Shown piece after piece: positions 51,067 to 61,264 of a DNA stretch of 64,000 bases. The position numbers and the translations under genes were made by a program. Origin of the DNA: Myxococcales bacterium (lineage in GTDB: Bacteria > Myxococcota > Myxococcia > Myxococcales > UBA5297); the NCBI GenBank assembly GCA_049841135.1, contig JASGHK010000008.1, positions 147,272-211,271 on the forward strand, given 5' to 3'. The stretch's first letter is position 1; each line of letters starts with the position of its first letter. A model generated the notes under the pieces. It saw nothing but the letters and a program-made list of their open reading frames with translations. It was not told the origin of the DNA and made no database searches.

Positions 51067-53067
51067 CTACTCGCCGTCCAGCTCGCCCTCCTGGACGGCC
51101 CGAACCGCTGCGGGCTCGAGGTCGGGCAAGGGCTGGATGGGGACGACCCGGGTCGGCGCATCCACCGGCGCCGGGGGGAGCGCCGCGAGCTGAGCCGGCG
51201 AGGTGAGCGCTCCATAGGGGACGGCCATCAGCATCTGCCGACCGTCGGCCCCGGTGCCCGCAGGGACGTAGACGACCGGCCAGGGCGTGACCGGGGTTGC
51301 CGGCGTCGCGGCGGGCGCGGGGACCGAGGAGACGGGGACAGCCGGCGGGGAGCCCGACTGGCGAGCCACGTCCGAGAGGTCGACGACGCGCGTGGTGAGC
51401 ATCACGTGCGGATCGGCCGGGTCGAGCTGCCTCCAGCGCAGCTCCTGCTCCGGGCGGCCGTACGCCCGCGAGATCGCCCGGCGCATGCCGAGCTCGGTGC
51501 AGAGCACCGGGCGGCAGCGGCGCCCGACCGCAAAGCCCACGGCGTCGCGCTTGGCGAGGTCGGCGGGGTCGGCCATCGCGACGTAGACCCAGCCGTCCTT
51601 GAGCGCGACCGGCAACGCCAGGAGCTTGAGCGCGGTCTCCTGGGAGAAGCGCTCCAGGAAGCTCCTTGGGCGGCTCGAAGCCGAGCAGTTTCTCGTCGGT
51701 CACGAAGGGGACCGCGAGCTGGCTGGCGAGGGTCGCGAGCACCTCGCGGGCCGGCGCCAGGTCGAGCCTCGATGGCCCACTCCCCCACCCGGCCCCCTTC
51801 CCGGCGCTGCCGCTGGAGGATGGTCTGCAGCTGGCTCGCGGTGATGACCCCGCGCTCGACCAGCATCTCGCCCAGGCGCTGGCGCTTGGCCGGACCGCCA
51901 GGAGGAGCTGGGGCAACCTTGACCGCCGACGACGACGGCTTCGGCGCGGTGCGGCTGGGCGGAGCAGCGGCGTCCTCCCGCAGCGGGCGGCCCGCGCCCT
52001 TGAGCTCAGTGTCCAGCCGGACCCGGTCGGGGAAGAGCCGGCGCACGCGCGCCGCCAGTTGCTCGGGGCCGACCCGGCTTCCCCGCCGGGAGAGGACCTC
52101 CCGCAGCGACTCGGCGAGCTGGCGGGCGTGCTCGTAGCGTCCTGACGGGTCCTTGGCGAGCGCCCGCCGCAGGATGGGCATCAGCTCGGAGGTGCCTTCC
52201 GCCGGCTCGCCCAGGGCGGCGTCGTCATAGGCGATGAGCTCGCCGATGGCCTGGGCGGCGCTGCCTCGTTGCTTGAACAGTGGCCGTCCGGCGAGCAGCT
52301 CCCACAGGAGCGCGCCGGCCAGGAAGAGATCCGACCGGTGGGTCGGCTCGCGCCCCGCGGCGAGCTCGGGGGCGATGTAGCCGAGCTTGCCCTTGATGAG
52401 CCCAACCTGGGTCCGCTCGCGGCCGTCGGCGCGCGCCACCCCGAAGTCGGCGAGCTTGACGATCCCGTCGGAGGAGACGAGCACGTTCATCGGGTTCACG
52501 TCGCGGTGCACGACGTGCAGCGGCGTGCCCTGAGGGCCCTTGGCGTCCCAGGCATACGCCAGGGCGTCGGCGACGGCAGCCACGACGTACACCGCCTCGT
52601 CCAGGCTGAGCGGGTCGCCGGCAGCGCGGGCGGCGTTGACCACGCGGCGAAGGTCGGACCCGTCGACCAGCTCCATCACCAGGTAGGGCTGCCCACCGGT
52701 GACCCCGTAGTCGAGCACCTGGACCACGTTTTGGGTGCGAAAGGTAGGAGCAGAGCTTGGCCTCGCGCAGGAAGGCCTCGGCGCTCTCAGGGTCGCGCGC
52801 AAGCTCGGGCAGCAGACGCTTGATGGCCACCGGCTTCTCGAAGCCCCCCGTGGCCACCCGCTTGGCCAGAAAGACTTCCGCCATTCCACCTGCAGCCAGC
52901 TTTCGGATGACTTGGTATTGCCCCACGCCCCGCCTCCCCGCTCGCTCGCCTGGAGGGCAAGTTGGCGTCCCGGTCGCGATGGAGAAGCGCCTCCCTGGGG
53001 CGTCCGAGCGCCTGTACGGGGCCCTGGACTCCTTCAAGTTCGTGATCGATCGGGATCTATCGCCCAT
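51067..53067 (-). CDS. Ser/Thr protein kinase fused to a C-terminal T2SSE_N/MshEN-like domain. Three or more apparent frameshifts.
   Basis: Kinase subdomains I-II (LAAGGMAEVFLAKR…VAIKRL), then after a 1-nt indel in a T4 run at ~52730: HRDVNPMNVLV, DFG, APE. C-terminal GspE_N-like sequence (LGEMLVERGVITASQLQTIL…LPVALKDGWVYVAMADPADL…RAISRAYG) is spread over three frames (switches at ~51765 and ~51655). Confidence 0.6.
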
Positions 53068-53217
53068 GCGCGGCAAGAAAGCGGGCAACGGCTGAGGATG
53101 CCCTCGCCGGTCTGCCGCTGTCTTCAACGTTGAGAACGACAGCCCGATGCTCCCGGCCACCGGGCGTGGAGCGGGCCGCGCGGGCGCTCAGCGGAGCCCA
53201 CCGGTCCCGGGCCCCGG

Positions 53218-56200
53218 TCAAGGCATGGGGACGTCCACCTCGACCGACTGCTCGCCGACACCGGCGATGTCGACGTCCGTGCTCGCCTGGGTGCGCTTCT
53301 TTCCCGCCCCGCAGTTGACGAGCAGGTGGTAGCGCCCGGCGTCGATCGCCTTGAACGTCAACGTCCCGCTCACGGAGCGCGCCGAGGGCGGCAGGCTCAC
53401 CGAAGCGCCCTGGCCCGGGCCGGGCACGAAGACGAGCATGCCGCCGCAGGAGTCCGAGCCAGCGCCGGCCCCCTTGAGGGTGGCGACCAGGGTGGCCCCG
53501 TCCGCTTTGGGGCGCAGGTCCAGGGTCGCCTCGCCACCTTCGGGGACCTCCACGTTCGCCGTGATGCGCTCGCCCTGATCCGCGCCGGCCGGAGAGGTGG
53601 TGCTGACGCGCCAGGTTCCTCCGGCCAGCCCTCCCAGCTCGAAGGTGCCGTCCTCGCCGACCTCGGCGATGGCGCGGCCGCCCCCCTTGCTGCTGGCGAA
53701 GAGCAGCGCCCGCTGGGGCCTGCCGGCCCGGTCGAGCACGCGGCCGCGCAGCGTCGCGCCACGGGAGAGGACGGCCGAGACCTCGTAGATGCCGGGGACG
53801 ACGTCGATGAAGGTGCTCTTGTAGCGCGGGTGGTCCAGCGTCAGCCGTGTCATCCCCTCCTCGATCTGCATGGAGAAGGCGCCGGACTCGTCGGTCACGG
53901 CCGCCGCCGCGGGTCCCGAACGGCCCCGGCCGAGGACCATGCCCGAGGGTCGGGCCTCGCCGAGGTTCACGCGCACCCCGGCGATGGGCGAGCGGGTGTT
54001 CGCCTCGAACACGTGACCCGAGACCTTCCGGCCTTTGGTGAGGACAATCCTCCCCGCGTCGTAGTCGGCGTCCTCCATCACGGTGAAGCTGCGCACCCCC
54101 GGCGCGAAGCCGGGCGCAGTGACCGTCAGCGCCATCATCTCCGAGCGCCGGATGGGCACCGCGAAGCGCCCTTCGGGATCGGAGAATGCCTCGCCGTTGG
54201 CCTCGAAGGAGGTCACCGGGAAGCCCTGGACGTCGAAGACCTGTCCGCGCAGCGCCGACAGGCCCGGGAGCACGACTCGCACGTCCTGGGCGCCGGCCCG
54301 CACGCCGCTCTCCTCCGCGCGCTTGTGGAGCCGCTTGGTCGCAGCCAGCCGCCAGGTCCCCGGGCCCAGGCCCTTGACCGTGAAGGTGCCGTCCGCCGCC
54401 GAGGTGGTCGACCGGAACGAAGGCCTTCGCAGCGTCCCGGTGATCTCGCCGCCGCCCTCCTTCATCAGCGTCACCCGGGCCTCGGGGACGGGACGACCGG
54501 CGGCGTCGACCGTCGTCCCGGCGATGGAGAGCGTGGGCGCGAGGACGAGGCGGACCTCGGCCTCGGCGCCGGGCAGCACCTCGACTCGCGCGGTCGCGTA
54601 GGCCGTCGCGGCGCCCAGCGGATCGCCCTGGGGTGTCGCCTCCAGCAGCCAGGGGCCCTCGGCCAGGTTCGCGAAGCGGAACTTGCCGGTCGCGTCCGCC
54701 CGAACGCTCTGGCGCCCGCCCCGCCCCGCCGCGCCTTCGCCGCGGCGGTCGCGGGGGGCGGAGAGCTCGACGCTGGTCCCCGTGACGGGAGCCCCGCGCT
54801 CGTCGACCACCTCGCCCTTCACCGCGCCCGCGGTCAGAAGCTGCAGCTCCACCTTCTCGTCGGGCGCGTGGACGGTCTGGGGCTTGTGCCCGAAGCCCTC
54901 CTTCGCGGCGGTGAGGACGTAGGCGCCCGCCCCGAGCCCCTCGACGCGGAAGGCGCCATCGTGCCCTGAGCGCGCGGTCGCCCTGCGACGCTGCAGCACG
55001 CTCTCGACCAGCGCCTTCTTCGTGGCGCCCGCGGCCGGCATCGCCGCTTCCTGACGGACGGTGATCTCCACCGCCTCCGCCGGCCGTCCCTGGGGATCGA
55101 CCACGCGGCCGGCGAGCAGCGACTGCGGCTCCAGCGCGAAGTTGGCCTGCCCGTTCCCGCCGGCGGCGACCTCGACCAGCACGACGGCCGACTCGGCGAA
55201 GGAGGGCGCCGTGGCCTGCAGCGAGTAGGGCCCGGGCGCCGCGGAGGTCACCGACCAGGTGCCGTCCGCGGCGCAGGGCGCGACCCGCCGCGCGATGGGC
55301 AAGCCGGGCACGCCGGAGACGGACGGACGACGCAGCCAGTAGCTGACCTGGGCGCCCGGGACCGGCTTGCCGTCCGGACCATGCACGGTGCCGTGGAGCG
55401 AGGTCGAGACGCCGAGGTCGAGGACGAGGTCTTCCTTGCGCTCGCCGGCCCCGAGCACCACGCCTTCGGAGACCGAGCGGCCTTCGGCCTGGGCGGTGAC
55501 GACCACGCCCCCGCCGGCGCCGAAGTCGGTGAAGGAGAACCGTCCGTCGGCGTCGGCGCGCCCCTCCACGTGACACCGCGCGGCCTCCACCCGGACGTAG
55601 GCCCCGGGCGACTTCGCTCCGCCGGAGATGACCATGCCCGCGACCACCGCCTGGCTGTCGAGCCGCACGTCGAACTCGGTCTCGTCCGCGCCCAGCTCGT
55701 CCGTCGCGCGCAGGTCGGCCCAGGACGCGACCACGCGCCAGGCGGAGCCGGGCGGCACCGGGCCGATCGCTGCGCGCCCCGACGGGTCCACGCTGCCCTC
55801 GAAGAAGCGGCCGAAGTCCGCGGAAAGCGCGAGCACCGTGACTCCCCCCGCGGCACCGGAGGGGGCTTGGACGGTGCCGGTGAGCACGACGCCCGGCTGC
55901 ACCGGCACGTCGACACCCTGGGAGTCGACCGCGACCCCAGCGAGGTGGCCGACGCCCGCGGCCGACTCGGCCCACAGGTCCACCCGGGTCCCGGCGGCCA
56001 GACCGGCGAGCGCGAAGGAGCCGTCGTCGCCTGCGTGGGTCAGCGCCAGGAACTGGGACGCGCTCCGGTGCGCTCGGAGGACGGCATCGCTCCTGGCGCT
56101 CAGGGCCTGGCAGGTGCACGCAGCCGAGGAGAGCCCGCACTCTCCGTCGCACGGGCAGGACTGCTCCTCGCGTTCGGGAGCGGGCGCGGTCCAGGCCGGG

Positions 56201-56406
56201 AAGGCGCGCACCAGGCTCTTGGGCGCGGTCCGCCCGCGGATCTGCCCCGGTCCCGGCGGGACGGCGGCGGCGCCGGAGGGCCGGGGCAGCGGCGTGCCGA
56301 TGGCGGCGTCGGGCCCGGCCTCGCTGGGCGTGCCGGACTTGACCAGCAACACCAGACCCACCACGCCGGCGACGACGGCGACCAGGACGATGGAGCTGCG
56401 GTTCAT
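53218..56406 (-). CDS. Membrane-anchored protein with an N-terminal Cys cluster and ~8 carboxypeptidase-regulatory-like (CarboxypepD_reg) beta-sandwich repeats
   Basis: TM helix IVLVAVVAGVVGLVLLV. CPCDGECG…CTC cluster. Repeated GRVVDPQGRP…/GEVVDERGAPV…/GTTVDAAGRPV… modules. Confidence 0.55.
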   Translation of the reverse strand: MNRSSIVLVAVVAGVVGLVLLVKSGTPSEAGPDAAIGTPLPRPSGAAAVPPGPGQIRGRTAPKSLVRAFPAWTAPAPEREEQSCPCDGECGLSSAACTCQALSARSDAVLRAHRSASQFLALTHAGDDGSFALAGLAAGTRVDLWAESAAGVGHLAGVAVDSQGVDVPVQPGVVLTGTVQAPSGAAGGVTVLALSADFGRFFEGSVDPSGRAAIGPVPPGSAWRVVASWADLRATDELGADETEFDVRLDSQAVVAGMVISGGAKSPGAYVRVEAARCHVEGRADADGRFSFTDFGAGGGVVVTAQAEGRSVSEGVVLGAGERKEDLVLDLGVSTSLHGTVHGPDGKPVPGAQVSYWLRRPSVSGVPGLPIARRVAPCAADGTWSVTSAAPGPYSLQATAPSFAESAVVLVEVAAGGNGQANFALEPQSLLAGRVVDPQGRPAEAVEITVRQEAAMPAAGATKKALVESVLQRRRATARSGHDGAFRVEGLGAGAYVLTAAKEGFGHKPQTVHAPDEKVELQLLTAGAVKGEVVDERGAPVTGTSVELSAPRDRRGEGAAGRGGRQSVRADATGKFRFANLAEGPWLLEATPQGDPLGAATAYATARVEVLPGAEAEVRLVLAPTLSIAGTTVDAAGRPVPEARVTLMKEGGGEITGTLRRPSFRSTTSAADGTFTVKGLGPGTWRLAATKRLHKRAEESGVRAGAQDVRVVLPGLSALRGQVFDVQGFPVTSFEANGEAFSDPEGRFAVPIRRSEMMALTVTAPGFAPGVRSFTVMEDADYDAGRIVLTKGRKVSGHVFEANTRSPIAGVRVNLGEARPSGMVLGRGRSGPAAAAVTDESGAFSMQIEEGMTRLTLDHPRYKSTFIDVVPGIYEVSAVLSRGATLRGRVLDRAGRPQRALLFASSKGGGRAIAEVGEDGTFELGGLAGGTWRVSTTSPAGADQGERITANVEVPEGGEATLDLRPKADGATLVATLKGAGAGSDSCGGMLVFVPGPGQGASVSLPPSARSVSGTLTFKAIDAGRYHLLVNCGAGKKRTQASTDVDIAGVGEQSVEVDVPMP

Positions 56407-56418
56407 CGCCAGCCTCTA

Positions 56419-58095
56419 CTAGTAGTGGAAGCTCGACCCGCCGATGAACTCGCGCAGGATGCTCGAGTGCGGCACTTCCTCGGCGAAGATGGGCACGAAG
56501 AGGGAGAGGAAGCGCAGCAGCCGGTCCGCCTCGACGAAGCTGGGCGAGTCGGTCGGGACCTCGAGCAGGAAGCGCTCGGCGTACGTCTTGAGCACCGCGG
56601 GCTCGTAGACGAGCGCGCTGTTGAAGATGGCGTCCGCCTGCTCCTGGAACGGGAAGATGTGCATCTGCTCGCCGCGCCGCACCGACGGCCACATCTCGAT
56701 GCTGCGCTCGGCGCGGTAGCCGCGGAAGAGCCGGTCGCGCACGATGCGGCGGATGAGGCGCGAGTCGCTGGTGAAGATGCGCTCCGAGTTGTCGACGGTC
56801 AGCTGGGTGAGCGCGCTGACGTAGACACGGAACTTGTGGCTGGCGCTGACCGCCGAGGTCAGCCGCTCGTTCAGGCCGTGGATGCCCTCGACCAGCAGCA
56901 CGTCGCCGGGGGAGATCTGCAGCGAGTGCCACTTCTCCTTCGGCGCCCGCTTGCCGGTGGCGAAGTCGTACTTCGGCGTCTCGACGCGCTCGCCCTTCAT
57001 CAAGAGGTCCAGGTGCTCGTTGAGGAGCGCCAGGTCGATGGCCTCGATGGCCTCGAAGTCGGGTTTGCCGTCGGAGTCGCGCGGGGTCTTCTCGCGGTCG
57101 ATGTAGTAGTCGTCGAGCGAGAGCGCCACCGGGTGCACGCCGTTGACCCGCAGCTGCACGGACAGGCGCTTGGCGAAGGTGGTCTTGCCCGAGGAGGACG
57201 GGCCGGCGATGGTCACGAGCTTGACGCCCTTGCGCGCCACGACCAGGTCGGCGATCTCCGCGACGCGCTTCTCGTGCAGCGCCTCGGCCACCTTGACGAT
57301 CTCCAGCACGCCGCCGGAGATGCACAGCTCGTTGAAGCGGCCGACGTCGCTGACCCCCAGGATCTCGTTCCAGCGCCGCGTGTCCCGGTAGACCTTGAAC
57401 AGCCGCGGCATGTCCGCAACCTCGCGGCCGCGCGCCGAGGGGCCGGGGAAGCGCAGGATGAGGCCGCCGTTGTAGAGCAACAGCTCGAAGCCCTCGAGGC
57501 CCCCCGCCGCCGGCGCCACCGGGCCGTGGCCGATGACGTGGACGTCGCCCACGGAGACCACCGGCACGCTGGAGACGCGCAGGGTCTTGAGCAGGCGCAC
57601 CCGCTCGACGGCGCCCTCGCGGGCGAAGAGGTCGATGGCCTCGTCGATGTCGACCTGCTCCTCCACGAAGGGCCGGTCCTCGGCGATGATGGTGCGCATC
57701 TTCGCCTCGAAGGCGCGGACGCGGTCCTCGGTCAACGGCTGCGGGCCGACCCACTCGAAGAAGTAGCCGTCGCCCAGCGACTGGCCGATGACCAGCCGCC
57801 CGTCCGGCGCGACGTCGCGCACCGCCTGGAGCAGGACGATGGAGATGGACCGCCGGTAGATGACCGTGCCGTCGCGGTGGCCCTCGGGGACCGGGCTGAC
57901 GCGGGAGGCGCCGCGGATGGGCGTCGAGAGCGAGACCAGCCGGTTGTTGAGGACCGCGCCGAGGATGGGGCGGCCTTCGGGGTCCTTGCGGCCCAAGAGC
58001 GCCATCAGCGGCGTGCCGACTGGGACCAGGTGTTCCTGCTGACCGTCGATGCGAACTTTCACGATGCGGGCGGACATGGACAGGATCTGTAGCAC
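56419..58095 (-). CDS. Uridine-kinase/PRK-family nucleoside kinase with an N-terminal TGS-like domain
   Basis: Walker A TIAGPSSSGKTTFAKRLSVQL and a PRK/Udk-like body. N-terminal ~60-aa TGS-like beta-grasp. Confidence 0.6.
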   Translation of the reverse strand: MLQILSMSARIVKVRIDGQQEHLVPVGTPLMALLGRKDPEGRPILGAVLNNRLVSLSTPIRGASRVSPVPEGHRDGTVIYRRSISIVLLQAVRDVAPDGRLVIGQSLGDGYFFEWVGPQPLTEDRVRAFEAKMRTIIAEDRPFVEEQVDIDEAIDLFAREGAVERVRLLKTLRVSSVPVVSVGDVHVIGHGPVAPAAGGLEGFELLLYNGGLILRFPGPSARGREVADMPRLFKVYRDTRRWNEILGVSDVGRFNELCISGGVLEIVKVAEALHEKRVAEIADLVVARKGVKLVTIAGPSSSGKTTFAKRLSVQLRVNGVHPVALSLDDYYIDREKTPRDSDGKPDFEAIEAIDLALLNEHLDLLMKGERVETPKYDFATGKRAPKEKWHSLQISPGDVLLVEGIHGLNERLTSAVSASHKFRVYVSALTQLTVDNSERIFTSDSRLIRRIVRDRLFRGYRAERSIEMWPSVRRGEQMHIFPFQEQADAIFNSALVYEPAVLKTYAERFLLEVPTDSPSFVEADRLLRFLSLFVPIFAEEVPHSSILREFIGGSSFHY

Positions 58096-58200
58096 ACGGA
58101 TCTCGACAGGTCAGGAAGTCGGCCGCGCCGGGCCGGTTGCCAACGGCGCGGCCAGGCTCAATGATCCCCGCCCCACTCCGCCGACGAACGAGGTGACGAC

Positions 58201-58509
58201 ATGCTGGTCCTGCTGGTCGACGTCCACGTCAAGCCCGAGCACCGCGACGCCTTCATCCAGGCCTCCATCGCCAACCACCAGGGCTCGCGCAAGGAGCCGG
58301 GGAACCTGCGCTGGGACTTCCTGCAGAACGAGGAGGACCCCAACCGCTTCACGCTCTACGAGGTCTACCGGGACAAGGCGGCGCTGGAGGAGCACCAGAA
58401 GCAGCCGCACTACCTGGAGTGGAAGAAGGTGGTCGAGCCGTGGATGGCGCAGCCCCGCTCGCGGCAGAAGCTCTCCAACCTGGCGCCGCGCGACGACTCC
58501 GGCTTCTAG
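58201..58509 (+). CDS. Antibiotic-biosynthesis-monooxygenase (ABM) domain protein
   Basis: MLVLLVDVHVKPEHRDAFIQA…FTLYEVYRDKAALEEHQKQPHY is an ABM/YgiN-like ferredoxin-fold pattern. Confidence 0.65.
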   Translation: MLVLLVDVHVKPEHRDAFIQASIANHQGSRKEPGNLRWDFLQNEEDPNRFTLYEVYRDKAALEEHQKQPHYLEWKKVVEPWMAQPRSRQKLSNLAPRDDSGF

Positions 58510-58519
58510 CCTCCGCGCC

Positions 58520-59694
58520 ATGACCTTCGACCTCGCCACCGCCCAGCGCATCGTCTTCGGACGCGGCACCTTCGAGCAGCTCGGAGAGCTCGCCTCGCCC
58601 TTCGGCAAGTGGGCCCTCCTCGTCGCCGGGACTCACCTGTCGCGCACCGGCGAGCTCGCCCGCGCCGAGTACCTGCTGTCCAAGAAGGGCGTCGCGGTCG
58701 AGACGCTGCTCGTTCACGGCGAGCCCGAGGTCCCGGTCGTCGACGACGCGGCCGGGAAGGCGCGCACCTGCGGCTGCGAGCTGGTGGTCGGCATCGGCGG
58801 CGGCTCGGCGCTGGACGTCGCCAAGGCCGCGGCGGCGCTGGCCACGAGCGGCGGCTCGGTGCGCGAGTACCTGGAGGGCGTGGGCACCGGACGCGCGCTG
58901 CGCGCCCGCCCCCTGCCCTTCCTCGCCGCCCCGACCACCGCCGGCACCGGCAGCGAGGTCACCCGCAACTCGGTCGTCGGGTCCAAGGCCGAGGGGTTCA
59001 AGAAGAGCATCCGCAGCCCGATGATGTTGCCGGCGGTGGCGCTGGTCGACCCGGCCCTCACCGACTCGAACCCGCCGGCGCAGACCGCCTCCAGCGGCCT
59101 CGACGCGCTGACCCAGCTCATCGAGCCGTTCGTCTCCACGAAGGCGATGGCCCTGACCGACGGGCTGTGCCTGGAGGGGATTCCGCAAGGCGCGTCCCGC
59201 GCTGCCGCGGGCCTTCGCCAACGGGGCGGACACGGCCGCGCGAGACGATTCTGGCGATGGCGAGCCTGCTCGGCGGCTTCTGTCTGGCCAACGCCGGGCT
59301 GGGCGCGGTGCACGGCATCGCCGCGGCGCTGGGCGCCCGGTTCGAGATGCCGCATGGGCTCGCCTGCGCCTGCACGTTGGCGGCAACGGTGGAGGTCAAC
59401 GTCCGAGTGCTGGAGACGAGAGCTCCATCGAGCCCGGCCCTCGGGCGCTACGCCAGGATCGGCGAGGCCCTGTGCGGACGCGCCTTCGCGACCGAGGCCG
59501 AGGCACGAGCGGCGGCGGTCAAGGACGTCCGCGCGCTCTGCGAGGAGCTGCGGGTCCCCAAGCTCTCTGGCTACGGCGTGACCGAGGCGAAGCTCGCCAT
59601 GCTGGTGGGCGAGTCGAGAGGCTCTTCGATGAAGAGCAACCCCATCGCGCTCGAGGACCCGGAGATCGAGGAGATTCTCCGGGCGTCCCTATGA
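58520..59694 (+). CDS. Iron-containing alcohol dehydrogenase with two closely spaced apparent indels (~59178, ~59235)
   Basis: Fe-ADH motifs GIGGGSALDVAKA, GTGSEVT, LGAVHGIA. The reading frame goes 1 to 3 to 2 within ~60 bp (…GLCLEGI | RKARPALPRAFANGADTAAR | ETILAMASLLGG…). Confidence 0.7.
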
Positions 59695-60254
59695 TCGGGC
59701 CTGTCGTCGCCAAGCACTCTCGGCGGCGCGCAGTCCTCGTCACCTCCACGCTGTTGGTGGCCGCGGCGCTCTCGGCGTTCGGCGTCATCGCGGTCCTATG
59801 CCGCCCTGGCGGTCCGCTTGCCGCTTCGGAGTTCACGCACCTGGTGAGCCTCTTCGTGAACCTGGGGCGCGCGCGGCTCGTGGTCGCCCAGGGCGTGAAG
59901 GCTTCGGACTTCAGGGTGAAGCTCTTCAACACCTCCTGGACCCAAGACCCGTATGAGGTCTTCGACGGTCAGAGGTTCGCCACCGTTCCGACCGAGTACG
60001 GGGAGCACGACTTCCTTGTGGAGTACCGAGGCCAACGGGTCTGCATGTTCCGACACTTCAGGTCCTCCAACTGGCACTTCGCCGACTACGAATTCCGATG
60101 CAGGCCCCACGAAGACTCTGCGAGGTGCGACGTCACCATCACGCAGGGGCCCGGACACAGCGCTCCGATAGTGGTGCCGGAGAGTTGTTCGAACGCCGTG
60201 GCAAAGTGGGATGAGGACCTGCTGTTCCTCGAAGAGAACCGGCGCGGCCGCTAG
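59691..60254 (+). CDS. Membrane-anchored hypothetical protein
   Basis: ATGA overlap with the Fe-ADH stop. N-terminal TM helix VLVTSTLLVAALSAFGVIAVL. Confidence 0.4.
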   Translation: MIGPVVAKHSRRRAVLVTSTLLVAAALSAFGVIAVLCRPGGPLAASEFTHLVSLFVNLGRARLVVAQGVKASDFRVKLFNTSWTQDPYEVFDGQRFATVPTEYGEHDFLVEYRGQRVCMFRHFRSSNWHFADYEFRCRPHEDSARCDVTITQGPGHSAPIVVPESCSNAVAKWDEDLLFLEENRRGR

Positions 60255-60379
60255 CCGGTCGCGGACGGCGCGCAAGGACGTCCCATCGGCGAGCTCGTCC
60301 GTCGAGCCCTTTTGAGCCCTTCCTCCGAAACCGCGACTCCCTCCCGGGATGGCTCGGTTTCATCGCGGAGATCCGGCTC

Positions 60380-61114
60380 CTAACGTGCCGCCGGCCCGTC
60401 GAGCACGACCTTGGCCTCCTCGACCCTTCCCTTGCTCAGCAGCGACGCCACCCGGATGACTCGGTGGATGGGCCGGGTGATGCCCCGAGCGATGAGCAGG
60501 CCGACCGAGAAGCCGCCGAGGATGCTGAGGACGAGGTTGGCGACCAGCAGCCGGATGGTCTTGCCCGAGAGCTGGTTCATCTCCTCGATGAGCGCGAGCT
60601 GGCGCGCCGCGAGCTCGTCGGAGTAGCTCCTGAGGGCGCTGATCAGCTCCTCCGAGGCACGGTCGTACGCATCCATGACTCGGTTTCCCTGGTCCCAGTC
60701 GGCGAGGTAGGCGTGGAACATTCGCTCGCCGGTCGCGTCGAGGGCCTCCAGGCGCGAGGTGAGGGCCTTCAAACGTGCCTGCGCCGCCGAGTCCTCCGCA
60801 GAAAGCCGGCGCAGCTCGTCGAGGTCGGCGAGCGCGTGCCGGAAGCTCGGCTTGGCCTCTTCCCGGACGACCTCGTCCGACCGTGTCAGTGAAGCGTCCG
60901 TGTAGAACTGCCAGACGTTGGCGACGTTCAGCTGCAGGTCCTTGGCTTTGGAAATCCTGGCATTGACCGCGTCGAGCTCCTCCTTGGAGTCGACGAAGTC
61001 CAGGACCTCCAGAAGGATGAGGAGCGAGAACCCCGACACCACGGCGATGACCAGGCCAAACCCCAGAAGGATTTTGGTTTGGATCGACGCGTTTCGAAGA
61101 AGGTGGCCGAGCAC
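60380..61114 (-). CDS. Membrane sensor fragment: TM1, periplasmic helical sensor, TM2, HAMP, with no output domain (possibly truncated)
   Basis: GTG start. TM helices ILLGFGLVIAVVSGFSLLIL and IRLLVANLVLSILGGFSVGLLIA. HAMP start RGITRPIHRVIRVASLL. The ORF stops ~20 aa later. Confidence 0.45.
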   Translation of the reverse strand: MLGHLLRNASIQTKILLGFGLVIAVVSGFSLLILLEVLDFVDSKEELDAVNARISKAKDLQLNVANVWQFYTDASLTRSDEVVREEAKPSFRHALADLDELRRLSAEDSAAQARLKALTSRLEALDATGERMFHAYLADWDQGNRVMDAYDRASEELISALRSYSDELAARQLALIEEMNQLSGKTIRLLVANLVLSILGGFSVGLLIARGITRPIHRVIRVASLLSKGRVEEAKVVLDGPAAR

Positions 61115-61264
61115 GGGCGCTGTCCCTTCTGGGTGATGACGCCTTCGAGCGTCGACACGCTTCGCCGCGGCGATAAGGGACTGGGGTCGCCGCGCCCCAG
61201 TGCCGGCGATTGACCCCGCTCGTCGGCTCACGTTGAATGCTCGGGCGTCCAGCAAGGAGTCTTT

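Noticed and set aside
53057-57754. 1565-aa minus-strand ORF spanning two genes
   Set aside because: It is out of frame with the well-supported 53218..56406 and 56419..58095 genes. The translation is R/G/A/P-rich with no motifs.
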